A DNA stretch of 64,000 bases, taken from an uncultured Candidatus Saccharibacteria bacterium (lineage in GTDB: Bacteria > Patescibacteriota > Saccharimonadia > CAILAD01 > BJGX01). Shown one piece after another: positions 20,476-29,452 of this stretch. Every line of letters starts with the position of its first letter. The first letter of the stretch is position 1. The stretch is from NCBI GenBank assembly GCA_964390265.1, contig CAYMHI010000003.1, positions 1,332 through 65,331 of the forward strand. The letters are read 5' to 3'. The position numbers were made by a program, and so were the translations under genes. The notes below the pieces were generated by a model. That model did not search any database and was not told where the DNA came from. It worked only from the letters and a program-made list of their open reading frames with translations.

Positions 20476-20576
20476 AATTGCATTTGAGTTATTGCCTAAG
20501 TATTGACTTATTATAGTATTTATGCTATCATATTTACGTACCCATTTAGTCCCCAATACAGAAATGAGCAAGATCG

Positions 20577-20936
20577 GTGCCTACCAAACCCATCACTCTC
20601 GCTGTAATACTGGGCCTGTGCCTAACCCTCCTGGTGAGCTGTAGCCACAAGACGACCGAAGCGAAGTCGTCTGTTGTGCTGCCTCACCTGGCCGTCAGCA
20701 CGACGTCAACAGCACCGGTGCATCACTACGCACCAGGTTACACCGTAGAGGCCACCTGTGCCTTCTCAGTGAATATCTGTGTGCCTACCAACAGCGCAGT
20801 AACCCAGAGTATTCGCTCGCCACAGATTGCCCCCAATGGCAGTGGCGAGTATGCACCACAGGTTCGTCTGGAAGACGGTTCAACCTGTGTGTGGATGACA
20901 GATTTCCACGACTACCTGTGCTCGCGCCCAAAGTAG
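20577..20936 (+). CDS. Orphan putative lipoprotein
   Basis: Hydrophobic signal with LVSC lipobox, four further Cys; TTGACT-17-TATCAT promoter and GTACCCA box. Confidence 0.6.
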   Translation: MPTKPITLAVILGLCLTLLVSCSHKTTEAKSSVVLPHLAVSTTSTAPVHHYAPGYTVEATCAFSVNICVPTNSAVTQSIRSPQIAPNGSGEYAPQVRLEDGSTCVWMTDFHDYLCSRPK

Positions 20937-20942
20937 TCAACC

Positions 20943-20985
20943 GCCGCCCTACACCATCAACGATGATGGAGTGGGGCGGCTTTCA
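20943..20985 (+). terminator. Intrinsic terminator
   Basis: GCCGCCCTAC.CCATCA/TGATGG.GTGGGGCGGC followed by TTTC. Confidence 0.75.
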
Positions 20986-21009
20986 TTTATGAACTATATT
21001 AAATACCGA

Positions 21010-21444
21010 ATAGGGGAGCGGGCTAACAAATACCGAACTGCGGATAGTATAAATAATGTGGTAGATTGTTGGTATAGTAGTTTTTAGTATCAAGACATAA
21101 TCCGCACCTGAAAGGATGGAGATGATCAATCAAAACTACAAACTCCAATTAGCCTAGAACGCTTCCCCTATCTTTTGTATTGATTTTCAATTCACTATTC
21201 CCTACCATCATTCTGCAGTAGTAATAGAGAAGCAATAAAATTTCTCATTGCAAAATCACACCGTAATTGGTCGCGCAGCTTTGACGGCTATCCTAGCTAA
21301 TTATATTGCGGCGCCTGATTAATATGTAAACACCCAACGCAAAACATTTACAATGAGCGCCAAGCTGACTACAGTAGCAAACGTGCTAGCCCTATTACCA
21401 ACTCTTCGCAATAGTTGAGGGTATCTTAAATGCTTTGTCGTCAA
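21010..21444. ncRNA. Candidate structured RNA, two multibranch domains
   Basis: Nested stems 21010-21020/21160-21171, 21021-26/21149-54, 21039-45/21100-06; 21281-88/21437-44, GGCGC/GCGCC, TGTAAA/TTTACA. Confidence 0.4.
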
Positions 21445-21484
21445 TGGGGATGTATGATAAATCAACTTAGGTTAATAATAAACT

Positions 21485-21512
21485 TAGTCGCACAATGTTT
21501 ATTTTGCGACGT
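21485..21512. other. Candidate dif (Xer recombination) site
   Basis: 11-6-11 layout TAGTCGCACAA TGTTTA TTTTGCGACGT, resembling E. coli dif left arm and spacer, at the point where gene orientation converges. Confidence 0.55.
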
Positions 21513-21833
21513 ATACTATCTATTTAACTAATAAATACATTTTAGCAGATTATTTGTTTATTATATCATCAAATTTTTGTTCCCTGTTTTTCTCCCCTGT
21601 TATATGCCGTTACAATTTGTTGTGGTAACGTAGCCTATATATAGAATATAACATATATAGTAGTAAACATAAACCGAACATGCCACAGTAGTATTGGTAG
21701 CATGACTTTAGCAGTTTTTTACAGACCATTTGAACGAGGTAGTATTTTTACAAATTCTTGTTTCTATATACTTTTTACATTTTACATATATTATGAGCTA
21801 CTAGCTGTCTTTTTTATGTCTTTTACAAAATAG

Positions 21834-21842
21834 TTATCCACA
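21834..21842 (+). promoter_or_regulatory. Consensus DnaA box
   Basis: TTATCCACA. Confidence 0.4.
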
Positions 21843-21917
21843 ATCAGCCGTGAAACATTATATATTGTACGTTGTATTTTATACAATGCTGTTTCTCTAC
21901 TCTAATTAAGCTCTTCC

Positions 21918-22739
21918 CTACTTATAAAATACTCGGCCGTTTATTCTTAGATCAATATATTCAGCAGGTTTTTTTCCTTGTTTTTTAAGCTCATCAAGCA
22001 CGGCAACCAAATCTGTTAATTGATCGTTTACAGATCGTGTTGTATCAAATCTTATCTTATAACCAGATTGAGTAACTACGTATAGGTCTGTGGTAGTCTC
22101 TTGAACCTGATATTCGCTTACCGCTACTCCCTTCTCAGGTAATCTGCTATGCAACTCCCCTACAAAAGATACAAATGACTCTGTAAGTGACTTCTCCCCT
22201 GTTTTGACTGGCAAGTTTGATGTATCCACTACTGTTGGTAAACTTTTTTTGAGCTGCTCGCTCGGCTCGCCGCTATATGCATGGCCATTGCTGGCAAAGA
22301 CAGAAAGCGTATTGCCAGATCGCCAAAGTATGCTCGGTTTTTGTTCGGTTATTGTTATTTTAACAGTATTAAATAATTTTCGCTCTATCTTGGCTTTTGA
22401 TATTTGATAATTATTCTTTTTTAGGTTTGTTTCAATGGTTTGCCCAGGTACAAACAAAATGTTTTGATTTATAAGCGAACTGTTAATTACTTCTAGGGCT
22501 TGGTTTTTAATTGTATCCTCACTAAGCGTTTGGTTGCCCGAAACTTCAATGTACTTAACTCTAAACAAGCTAGAAATTACTATGCTGTAAAACATTAAAA
22601 TTATTATTGCAGCATAAATACTAAGACGTAATATCTTCTTAAAAAGACTATAATTGGCTTTCTTGGTTGGCTGTTTTAGATTTTTATAACCTACTTGGTT
22701 AGATTGAGATGAGTACCTTACCCTTCGCTTAGTTGACAT
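21918..22739 (-). CDS. ftsQ: Cell division protein FtsQ/DivIB
   Basis: TM, POTRA (IEVSGN), YIDLR C-terminus; dcw context. Confidence 0.85.
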   Translation of the reverse strand: MSTKRRVRYSSQSNQVGYKNLKQPTKKANYSLFKKILRLSIYAAIIILMFYSIVISSLFRVKYIEVSGNQTLSEDTIKNQALEVINSSLINQNILFVPGQTIETNLKKNNYQISKAKIERKLFNTVKITITEQKPSILWRSGNTLSVFASNGHAYSGEPSEQLKKSLPTVVDTSNLPVKTGEKSLTESFVSFVGELHSRLPEKGVAVSEYQVQETTTDLYVVTQSGYKIRFDTTRSVNDQLTDLVAVLDELKKQGKKPAEYIDLRINGRVFYK

Positions 22740-22745
22740 TAAGTT

Positions 22746-23885
22746 TTACTCTCCCGATCTTTGAATTAGTGTTGCTACGCGCTGGGCGGCGTCGGGTACC
22801 CATAGCTCATGAATATTGGCTTGTAAATATTCTTTAGCTTGTTTGTTTGACAATATCTTATCTATCTCAGAACAAAGCCTTATGGGAGTTAGGTCTTTTT
22901 GATTCAATACTCTAGCTGCACCAAGTTTCTCAACAAATTCGGCATTAATCTGCTGGTGCTGATTGGCAGAGTTGGGGTTGGGTATAATAATTGTTGGCTT
23001 AGAATGAGCAGCTACCTCGGCGATAGAACTAGCACTTGCTCGAATAATTGCCAAATCGGCAATGAATAATGCCTCAGCCATTTCTGATTGTAAAAACTCG
23101 TATGGTCGATAATTTAGTTCTGCACCGCCTGAGAGTTGGTGGGCAGCTACCCTAGCTTTCTCTATGCCTTGTGTACCGGTGTGGTGAATAATGTTGTAAC
23201 TTTTAAGGATTAGCTCTAGGCCATCAAACAACACTTGGTTAATTGCAGCAGCACCCTGCGATCCGCCAAAAATAAATACGGTGGGTTTGGTGTTATCAAA
23301 ACCAAAAGTGTTTTTTGCTTTAGTTGGGTTTGCAGTTAAGAGTTCTTTTCTGACTGGGTTGCCGGTAAAGACAATCTTGTTGAAATAAGTATAGTCACTA
23401 AAAGCCTGCTCTGGAAAACCGGTAGCAATTTTTTGGGCTCGTTTGGCTAATATTTTACTAGACATACCAAAAACAGCATCTGAGTCGTGAATAATTAATG
23501 GTATATTGAGATGATCGGCTGCCAGGCCTACTGGCACAGTTACAAATCCACCCTTTGTAAACACCGCATCGGGCTTGAATTTTTTTAAGATTTTTTTGGC
23601 CTGAAAGTATCCACGACTAATCTTGGCGACATCAGCCAAGTTCTGTGAACTAGTCTTTAAATCGGTCAATTCTTTACTCAAACTTCGGCCATATCTTCTA
23701 AACTTTCCAGCAGTTATAGTTTTGTATTCAAAAGTATACGAGCTAACAAGCTTTTTTTCTACGTCATTGCCCAATCCAATAAATAGTATCTCTACTTTGG
23801 GTTCAAGTTTGTAAAGGGCGTCTACTATTGCTAGTACCGGGGTAATGTGCCCGGCTGTTCCGCCGCCGCAAACCGCGATTCTCAT
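22746..23885 (-). CDS. murG: MurG GlcNAc transferase
   Basis: GGGTAGHITP, GGFV, GNPVR, GGSQGA, HQQINA; start at 23885. Confidence 0.95.
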   Translation of the reverse strand: MRIAVCGGGTAGHITPVLAIVDALYKLEPKVEILFIGLGNDVEKKLVSSYTFEYKTITAGKFRRYGRSLSKELTDLKTSSQNLADVAKISRGYFQAKKILKKFKPDAVFTKGGFVTVPVGLAADHLNIPLIIHDSDAVFGMSSKILAKRAQKIATGFPEQAFSDYTYFNKIVFTGNPVRKELLTANPTKAKNTFGFDNTKPTVFIFGGSQGAAAINQVLFDGLELILKSYNIIHHTGTQGIEKARVAAHQLSGGAELNYRPYEFLQSEMAEALFIADLAIIRASASSIAEVAAHSKPTIIIPNPNSANQHQQINAEFVEKLGAARVLNQKDLTPIRLCSEIDKILSNKQAKEYLQANIHELWVPDAAQRVATLIQRSGE

Positions 23886-25032
23886 CAAGTGCTTCTCCTT
23901 TCGTATAGCGTGAAATGTTTTGTAAAATGCCCACACCAATTAATAATGCTATCATACTGGTACCGCCGTAGCTTATAAATGGCAAGGTAATACCAGTAAG
24001 AGGAATTACACCCAACATAGCAGCAATATTAAAAAATGACTGAAAGCCTATCCAGGCAACTATACCAGTAGCTACAAATTTGGCATAATCATCTGGGGCA
24101 TCGCGAATAATTCTAAACCCACGCCAAAGTAAGAGCAATATTATCATTATTATTGTAGTTGCCCCAATTAAACCAAACTCTTCACCGATAATTGCAAATA
24201 TAGAGTCGTTAGTGGCCTCTGGAAGGTAGCCATAGGCCTGTAAGCTTTTGCCCAGACCACGACCAAATATTCCACCTGACCCCAGTGCTATTAGAGCTTG
24301 GTTGATATGATATCCAGAGCCGGCTGGGTCTTCGCTATGATTAAGAAAAGTAATATATCGCGATAATCGATAACTCGAGCTGGCTATCAGTACTGCTCCA
24401 GCCGCTATCATTCCAGCCAATGTACTCATAAACATCCAAATCGGTACTCCTGACATAAAATACATAGCAAATATAGTACTTGCCAATACAGTAGCCGAAC
24501 CCATATCTTTTTGCAGTATTACTATAAGAGTCATAGCCAGTACCATAATAATTATAAGTGGTACTAAACCTTCAAGAGGTTCGTTGAGTTTAGTCCGGTT
24601 CTTTTGAATCCAGGCCGAGACAAAAAATATGGTACCAAGCTTAAAAAACTCTACAGGTTGAAAGTTGATTGGTCCAAAGTGAACCCAGCGCGCTGCTCCA
24701 TTTACCTTGACAGATATGCCAGGCACCAACACCAAGAACATTAGTGCCAATGATGCATAGAAAAATACGCTAGCGTATTTTTGCCAAAAAGTATACTTAA
24801 CCCTACTAGCTACAAACCAACCTGTAATACCCAGCCCAAAACTTAAGAGTTGAGTATAGAAAAATCCATTTTGATCACTACTCCCCCCGGTCTGTTTAAG
24901 TACAGCTATCCAGCCGGTAGAATAGATCATTATTAGACCGATTGAAATAAGGGCCAACACCAATATAGCTAAAAAATAGTCTGGGCGATGAGCTAGGGCA
25001 AATTTTTCTGGTTTTTGTATTGGTGGATTCAT
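23803..25032 (-). CDS. ftsW: FtsW SEDS peptidoglycan polymerase
   Basis: GAARW, QPVE, GSGG.FGRG, LPE..NDSIFA..EE.G, TGITLPFISYGG. Confidence 0.93.
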   Translation of the reverse strand: MNPPIQKPEKFALAHRPDYFLAILVLALISIGLIMIYSTGWIAVLKQTGGSSDQNGFFYTQLLSFGLGITGWFVASRVKYTFWQKYASVFFYASLALMFLVLVPGISVKVNGAARWVHFGPINFQPVEFFKLGTIFFVSAWIQKNRTKLNEPLEGLVPLIIIMVLAMTLIVILQKDMGSATVLASTIFAMYFMSGVPIWMFMSTLAGMIAAGAVLIASSSYRLSRYITFLNHSEDPAGSGYHINQALIALGSGGIFGRGLGKSLQAYGYLPEATNDSIFAIIGEEFGLIGATTIIMIILLLLWRGFRIIRDAPDDYAKFVATGIVAWIGFQSFFNIAAMLGVIPLTGITLPFISYGGTSMIALLIGVGILQNISRYTKGEALDENRGLRRRNSRAHYPGTSNSRRPLQT

Positions 25033-25057
25033 TTTGTTTATATATTTATTAGTGAAA

Positions 25058-26083
25058 TTATACTCTAGTAATTAAGCCAATTAGCATTCCTATTCCCCCA
25101 CTTACTGCGCCAATTATCAATAGTCTCATAGTAACTTTGGTCTCTGGCCAGCCAATTGCTTCAAGATGATGATGTAAGGGTGCTGATAAAAATATTTTGC
25201 GCTTAAAGACTTTTTTGCTAAATATTTGTATTACACTCGATCCGGCCTCGACAACGAATACTGCCCCAATAATTGGTAATACAAAAACTGAGTTGGTTAG
25301 CATAGCAACAATTCCAAGTGCAGTACCAAAAGCAAATGAGCCACTATCGCCCATCATAAACCGACAAGGATAAATGTTAAACCAAGTATAGGCCAATACT
25401 GCACCAACCATGGCCAAACAAAATCCGGCTATACCAAAGTTACCTTGAGCAAAAGCAATAATACAATACGCCCCAAAAGCACTAGCAAGCAAACCTCCAG
25501 ATAATCCATCGAGACCGTCGGTAATATTAACAGCATTGGCTGTTGAAACAACCACTAATATAAATAGCGGAATATAGAGCCAGCCTATCTCGAAATTACC
25601 AACAGCCGGTACGTGAATTTGGCTATAGCCAAGGCGAAAGAAAAAGTATAATGCTCCGCTCAGGGCGACTAGTAAAATGAGTCCAAATTTGAGTCGCGTA
25701 CGCAGGCCCGCAACACCTTTGCCTTGACCCCTTACATTTATAATATCGTCAATTAAACCAACCGTACCCGCTGCAACCAGCCCAAACACAGGTAAATAAG
25801 TTTGTGAACGACTCCAGTTAAGAGCCAACATTGTTATGGTAACTGCTACTACGCCAATCACTCCTGCCATAGTCGGAATGTTACGCTTATGCTTGGCGGC
25901 GTGGAGTTTGTAAAAAACCGGTGCTTTCTCGCCTGTAGTGGTAGTGTCACGAACTTGTTTCCAGAGCTTATATTTATATGCAAAATGCGTATATATAGGT
26001 GTTAAAATCATTGCCAAAACAAAACAGACAAAGCCTTGGAGCAGGATGTGAGATAATTGGGCTGATAGTGTGGTTTCAAACAT
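25058..26083 (-). CDS. mraY: Phospho-N-acetylmuramoyl-pentapeptide transferase
   Basis: PTMAG, DD, NAVNITDGLDGL, MGDSG, APLHHH. Confidence 0.97.
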   Translation of the reverse strand: MFETTLSAQLSHILLQGFVCFVLAMILTPIYTHFAYKYKLWKQVRDTTTTGEKAPVFYKLHAAKHKRNIPTMAGVIGVVAVTITMLALNWSRSQTYLPVFGLVAAGTVGLIDDIINVRGQGKGVAGLRTRLKFGLILLVALSGALYFFFRLGYSQIHVPAVGNFEIGWLYIPLFILVVVSTANAVNITDGLDGLSGGLLASAFGAYCIIAFAQGNFGIAGFCLAMVGAVLAYTWFNIYPCRFMMGDSGSFAFGTALGIVAMLTNSVFVLPIIGAVFVVEAGSSVIQIFSKKVFKRKIFLSAPLHHHLEAIGWPETKVTMRLLIIGAVSGGIGMLIGLITRV

Positions 26084-26115
26084 AATTAATAGGTTTATTT
26101 TAACAAATTTACGGC

Positions 26116-27846
26116 TTAATTACTACTGGGGGGTATCTGATAATAATTAAATAGTTCTTTGGCCACTACAGCGAAGGCTGGCACAGCAGTCTTCTCGGCA
26201 AAGCCCTCTACCTTGGGGTAATCTACTCGTACCAACATTACAAATCGGGGGTCTTCAACCGGTGCAAAACCCACAAAACTACCGATGTTTTTGTTTTCTT
26301 CATAACCCTTACCATCAGCTCTTGGTACCTGGGCAGTACCGGTTTTTCCGGCGATCTTATAGCCTTTCATTTTGGTAAGATAACCAGACCCACGCTCGAC
26401 TACTTGGGTCATTATCTCGGCCAATTGAGATGCCGATGTGGCACTAATGACATTTCTTACCACCTCGGTCTTTGTTGGCTTAACTACTTGATCATTTGAC
26501 ACTTCTCCGGCCAATATATGCGGCTTAACAAGGTTGCCACTATTGGCAATGGCACCCACGGCGGCCACTAACTGCACAGAGTTGACTGAGATGCCTTGCC
26601 CAAAGCTCATATTAGCGTAATCAATATCTGAGCTCGTAACAGGCTTTACCTTGCTGCTTACCTCTCCAGCCTGTTCTATGCCTGTAACTTTCCCGAATCC
26701 AAACTTCTCTATATAGTCGTGTAATACCTGTTTACTCGTTGGGGTAATATTTTTAGGGTCACTGCCGAGCATTTGCAGCACAAACACTACGCCGGTATTT
26801 AGAGACTTCTGAATTACATCTGTCATAGTTTGGTAGCCATACTTATGATTTTCGGCGTTTTTGATAGTCTTACCACTTATGGTTAACTCACCAGTGTCAT
26901 TATAGGTAGTCTGGGGTGTTACCTTACCACTATCTAATCCGGCAGCCATAGTTATTACTTTAAACCCACTACCCGGCTCAAACAGGCTCGACGTAGCCTT
27001 GTTAGAAAAAACTGAGTAGTCTTTTACGTCTCGAAAATTATTGGGGTCAAAATCGGGATAGTTTACCAAAGCTTTGATTTCGCCGGTTTTGACATCCATT
27101 ACGATAATACTACCAGAAGATGCCTTATTGGTTTCAACAGCCGACTTTATGGCGTCACGTGCGACGTTTTGTATGCCTCTATCAAGGGTGAGTAGATAGT
27201 TCTTACCGTTTTGCGGTTCTATTAAAGTATTTTCGGTGCTATTTATAGGTATTCCTAGTGCGTCGGTAATGGTGTTGTACTGACCTTTTTGACCGCTTAA
27301 ACCATCGTCGTTGAACTGCTCAAAACCATACTGACCCTTTCCGTCATCATTGACGTAACCCAAAACATGCGAAAACAATGCGCTCTCGGGATAATAACGG
27401 CTAGCCCGCTGCTGTAAAATAACACCCGCTAGCGACATAGCTTTAATCTTTTCGGCTTGGTCTGAACTAATATTTTTGGACAACTCAACATAGCGTCCTG
27501 ACCTGGTAAGCTTAGATTTAATATCATCTTCAGACTGCAACGTAATTGAGCTAAGTTTTTGGGCCGTAGAGTCGGCATTGGTGATAAATTTAGGATCGAC
27601 CGCTAGCGTATAGACTTGTGTGTTAAGGGCAATAGGTACCAAGCCTTGCGACTCTTTTAAATACACCGTTCCTCGGTTGGCGGGGATTTCGAATTTACGA
27701 GATTGTTGTTCGCTAGCTTTGGCGGCATAATCTTTGCCACGAATGGCTTGTACATAAAAAAGGCGCCCCAGCGCTATCAGCCAAAGTGCGATTAATACAG
27801 CAGCAATAGCATAAAGCCGCCAGTGTTCACGATTACTAGAAAGCAT
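26116..27846 (-). CDS. ftsI: Class B penicillin-binding protein (FtsI-like)
   Basis: EPGSGFK, SLN, KTGTAQ motifs; dcw context. Confidence 0.88.
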   Translation of the reverse strand: MLSSNREHWRLYAIAAVLIALWLIALGRLFYVQAIRGKDYAAKASEQQSRKFEIPANRGTVYLKESQGLVPIALNTQVYTLAVDPKFITNADSTAQKLSSITLQSEDDIKSKLTRSGRYVELSKNISSDQAEKIKAMSLAGVILQQRASRYYPESALFSHVLGYVNDDGKGQYGFEQFNDDGLSGQKGQYNTITDALGIPINSTENTLIEPQNGKNYLLTLDRGIQNVARDAIKSAVETNKASSGSIIVMDVKTGEIKALVNYPDFDPNNFRDVKDYSVFSNKATSSLFEPGSGFKVITMAAGLDSGKVTPQTTYNDTGELTISGKTIKNAENHKYGYQTMTDVIQKSLNTGVVFVLQMLGSDPKNITPTSKQVLHDYIEKFGFGKVTGIEQAGEVSSKVKPVTSSDIDYANMSFGQGISVNSVQLVAAVGAIANSGNLVKPHILAGEVSNDQVVKPTKTEVVRNVISATSASQLAEIMTQVVERGSGYLTKMKGYKIAGKTGTAQVPRADGKGYEENKNIGSFVGFAPVEDPRFVMLVRVDYPKVEGFAEKTAVPAFAVVAKELFNYYQIPPSSN

Positions 27847-27860
27847 AACCTAATTATACT

Positions 27861-28199
27861 CTATTTTGCCGACTTTGGGGCCTGGGCGAACGAAACGGTA
27901 GTAGTTTTTACCAAGCCACTATCAGATGCGGTTGCCTTGGCTTCAGCCAGTGATTGTGCGCGAGCTGCTTCTATCTCGAGTTTTTGCTTTTCAGTTTCGA
28001 GGTTGGCTTGAGTATTTTTTAAATTTGAAATTTTATAACTAAACACTGATGTTTTAGTGATTTGATTTAAATACATCAACGATAGCAAGATGATAAGTGC
28101 CAAGAGCATAAGGCCAACAGCTATGGGGCCAGTCTGAAACTGCAGACGATTTCTAGTAATATTTTGGTTGCGGCGCATTGATGCGATAGCTGTGGTCAT
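27861..28199 (-). CDS. ftsL: FtsL-like protein
   Basis: Short basic N-terminus, TM, coiled coil; lies between rsmH and ftsI; AAGGAG SD supports the 28199 start. Confidence 0.65.
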   Translation of the reverse strand: MTTAIASMRRNQNITRNRLQFQTGPIAVGLMLLALIILLSLMYLNQITKTSVFSYKISNLKNTQANLETEKQKLEIEAARAQSLAEAKATASDSGLVKTTTVSFAQAPKSAK

Positions 28200-28294
28200 A
28201 TAATTCTCCTTTTTTATTTTTGTATATTTTTGTTTTTGTTTTTGTTTTTTGTACAATTTAGTACATAGCATTTAGAGCTTAATAATATATCGCT

Positions 28295-28366
28295 CTAGTG
28301 TACGGTAATAACTCGAACTTTTAGTTTGCGGGCACGGGGACTTTGGTTTTTAATTAATAAGGTCAT
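28295..28366 (-). CDS. Unannotated 23-aa small ORF MTLLIKNQSPRARKLKVRVITVH
   Basis: AAGGAG SD abutting the rsmH stop, 7 nt before ATG. Confidence 0.5.
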   Translation of the reverse strand: MTLLIKNQSPRARKLKVRVITVH

Positions 28367-28379
28367 GTGATTTCTCCTT

Positions 28380-29291
28380 TTATTTTTGTTTTTTAATTAT
28401 TTTTTCGACGACTCGAAGTTTAGCACTGCGAGCACGTGGATTGGTTTTATCAAATTCAGAGCCTTTTATGGGCTTTTTGGTAACTATTCTGTATTCTGCT
28501 TCAGACACAATTTGACCGAAGTCATCGCGAACTGGCGTAGCTAAGCGCTTAAAGGCTTGCTTAACCATTCTGTCCTCTAGGGAATGAAAGCTAATGACTG
28601 CCATTCTTCCACCAGAACTTAACTTGGTTGGACCGTTTTGTAACAACTTTTCTAGAGCTTTGAGCTCATTATTTACTTCAATTCTTAAAGCTTGAAAACT
28701 GCGTGTTGCGGGGTTAATCTTTGTTTTGTGCGTTATACAGTCGTTTATTATTTTGGCCAGCTCGGTCGTTGTTTTTATCGGTTTAGAGTTTCTGTAGTTA
28801 ACAATCGCTTTTGCAATTTTTCTACTCGCTCGTTCCTCTCCATATTTGTATAGAATGTCAGCCAACTCTCTTTCTGAATAGCTATTTACTATCTTCTCTG
28901 CCGTAATCTCTTGAGTAGTGTCCATTCTCATATCTAATGGACCCTCTGCTTCAAAACTAAATCCTCTGCTTGATTGATCTATTTGTGGTGAACTCACTCC
29001 AATATCGGCTAATATTATATCAACCGCTGGAATATCGTTTTCCCAATTTAGATTATTAAAATCAGCGTGCTTAATACTTACATTGGTTACATTACTAAAT
29101 TTAGCTTTTAGTGCCTTTATGGCGTCAGGATCTTTATCGAATAAATATCCATAACCGTTAGAGCCCACTTTGCTAAGCAACATCTCGCTATGTCCGCCAT
29201 AGCCAGCAGTTAAATCAGCAAAGCAATCCCCTACTTGTGGATTGAGCAAACTTTCTACCGAACCTAGTAAAACTGGTATGTGTCTTTTCAT
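28380..29291 (-). CDS. rsmH: 16S rRNA m4C1402 methyltransferase
   Basis: HIPVL, GYGGHS, DIGVSSPQ, RGFSF..GPLDMRM, FHSLEDR, NPRARSAKLR. Confidence 0.97.
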   Translation of the reverse strand: MKRHIPVLLGSVESLLNPQVGDCFADLTAGYGGHSEMLLSKVGSNGYGYLFDKDPDAIKALKAKFSNVTNVSIKHADFNNLNWENDIPAVDIILADIGVSSPQIDQSSRGFSFEAEGPLDMRMDTTQEITAEKIVNSYSERELADILYKYGEERASRKIAKAIVNYRNSKPIKTTTELAKIINDCITHKTKINPATRSFQALRIEVNNELKALEKLLQNGPTKLSSGGRMAVISFHSLEDRMVKQAFKRLATPVRDDFGQIVSEAEYRIVTKKPIKGSEFDKTNPRARSAKLRVVEKIIKKQK

Positions 29292-29302
29292 GTCAAGGTT
29301 AC

Positions 29303-29452
29303 CTATTCAGCAGCCAGCTGTGTGTTTTTATATTTGTTTTTGTGTTTTTGTTTTTGTGAAAATCTGCAGTTGCAGATATTAGTGTGACAAGGACTTAATA
29401 AATAAGTCCTTATAAGTAGAGATAGTTTGTGAGGTGGAGTTTTATGTTGCAT
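29303..29452 (-). other. Possible 49-aa leader ORF in the mraZ-rsmH spacer
   Basis: MQHKTPPH...QKQKHKNKYKNTQLAAE stop, ending 11 nt before the rsmH ATG; no SD at normal spacing. Confidence 0.3.

Noticed and set aside
21116-21470. tmRNA idea: tag-like NQNYKLQLA and GGGGATGT
   Set aside because: No T-arm or CCA acceptor end, and the order fits neither standard nor permuted tmRNA.
21849-21857. parS-like CGTGAAACA
   Set aside because: Only a half site of the TGTTTCACGTGAAACA palindrome.
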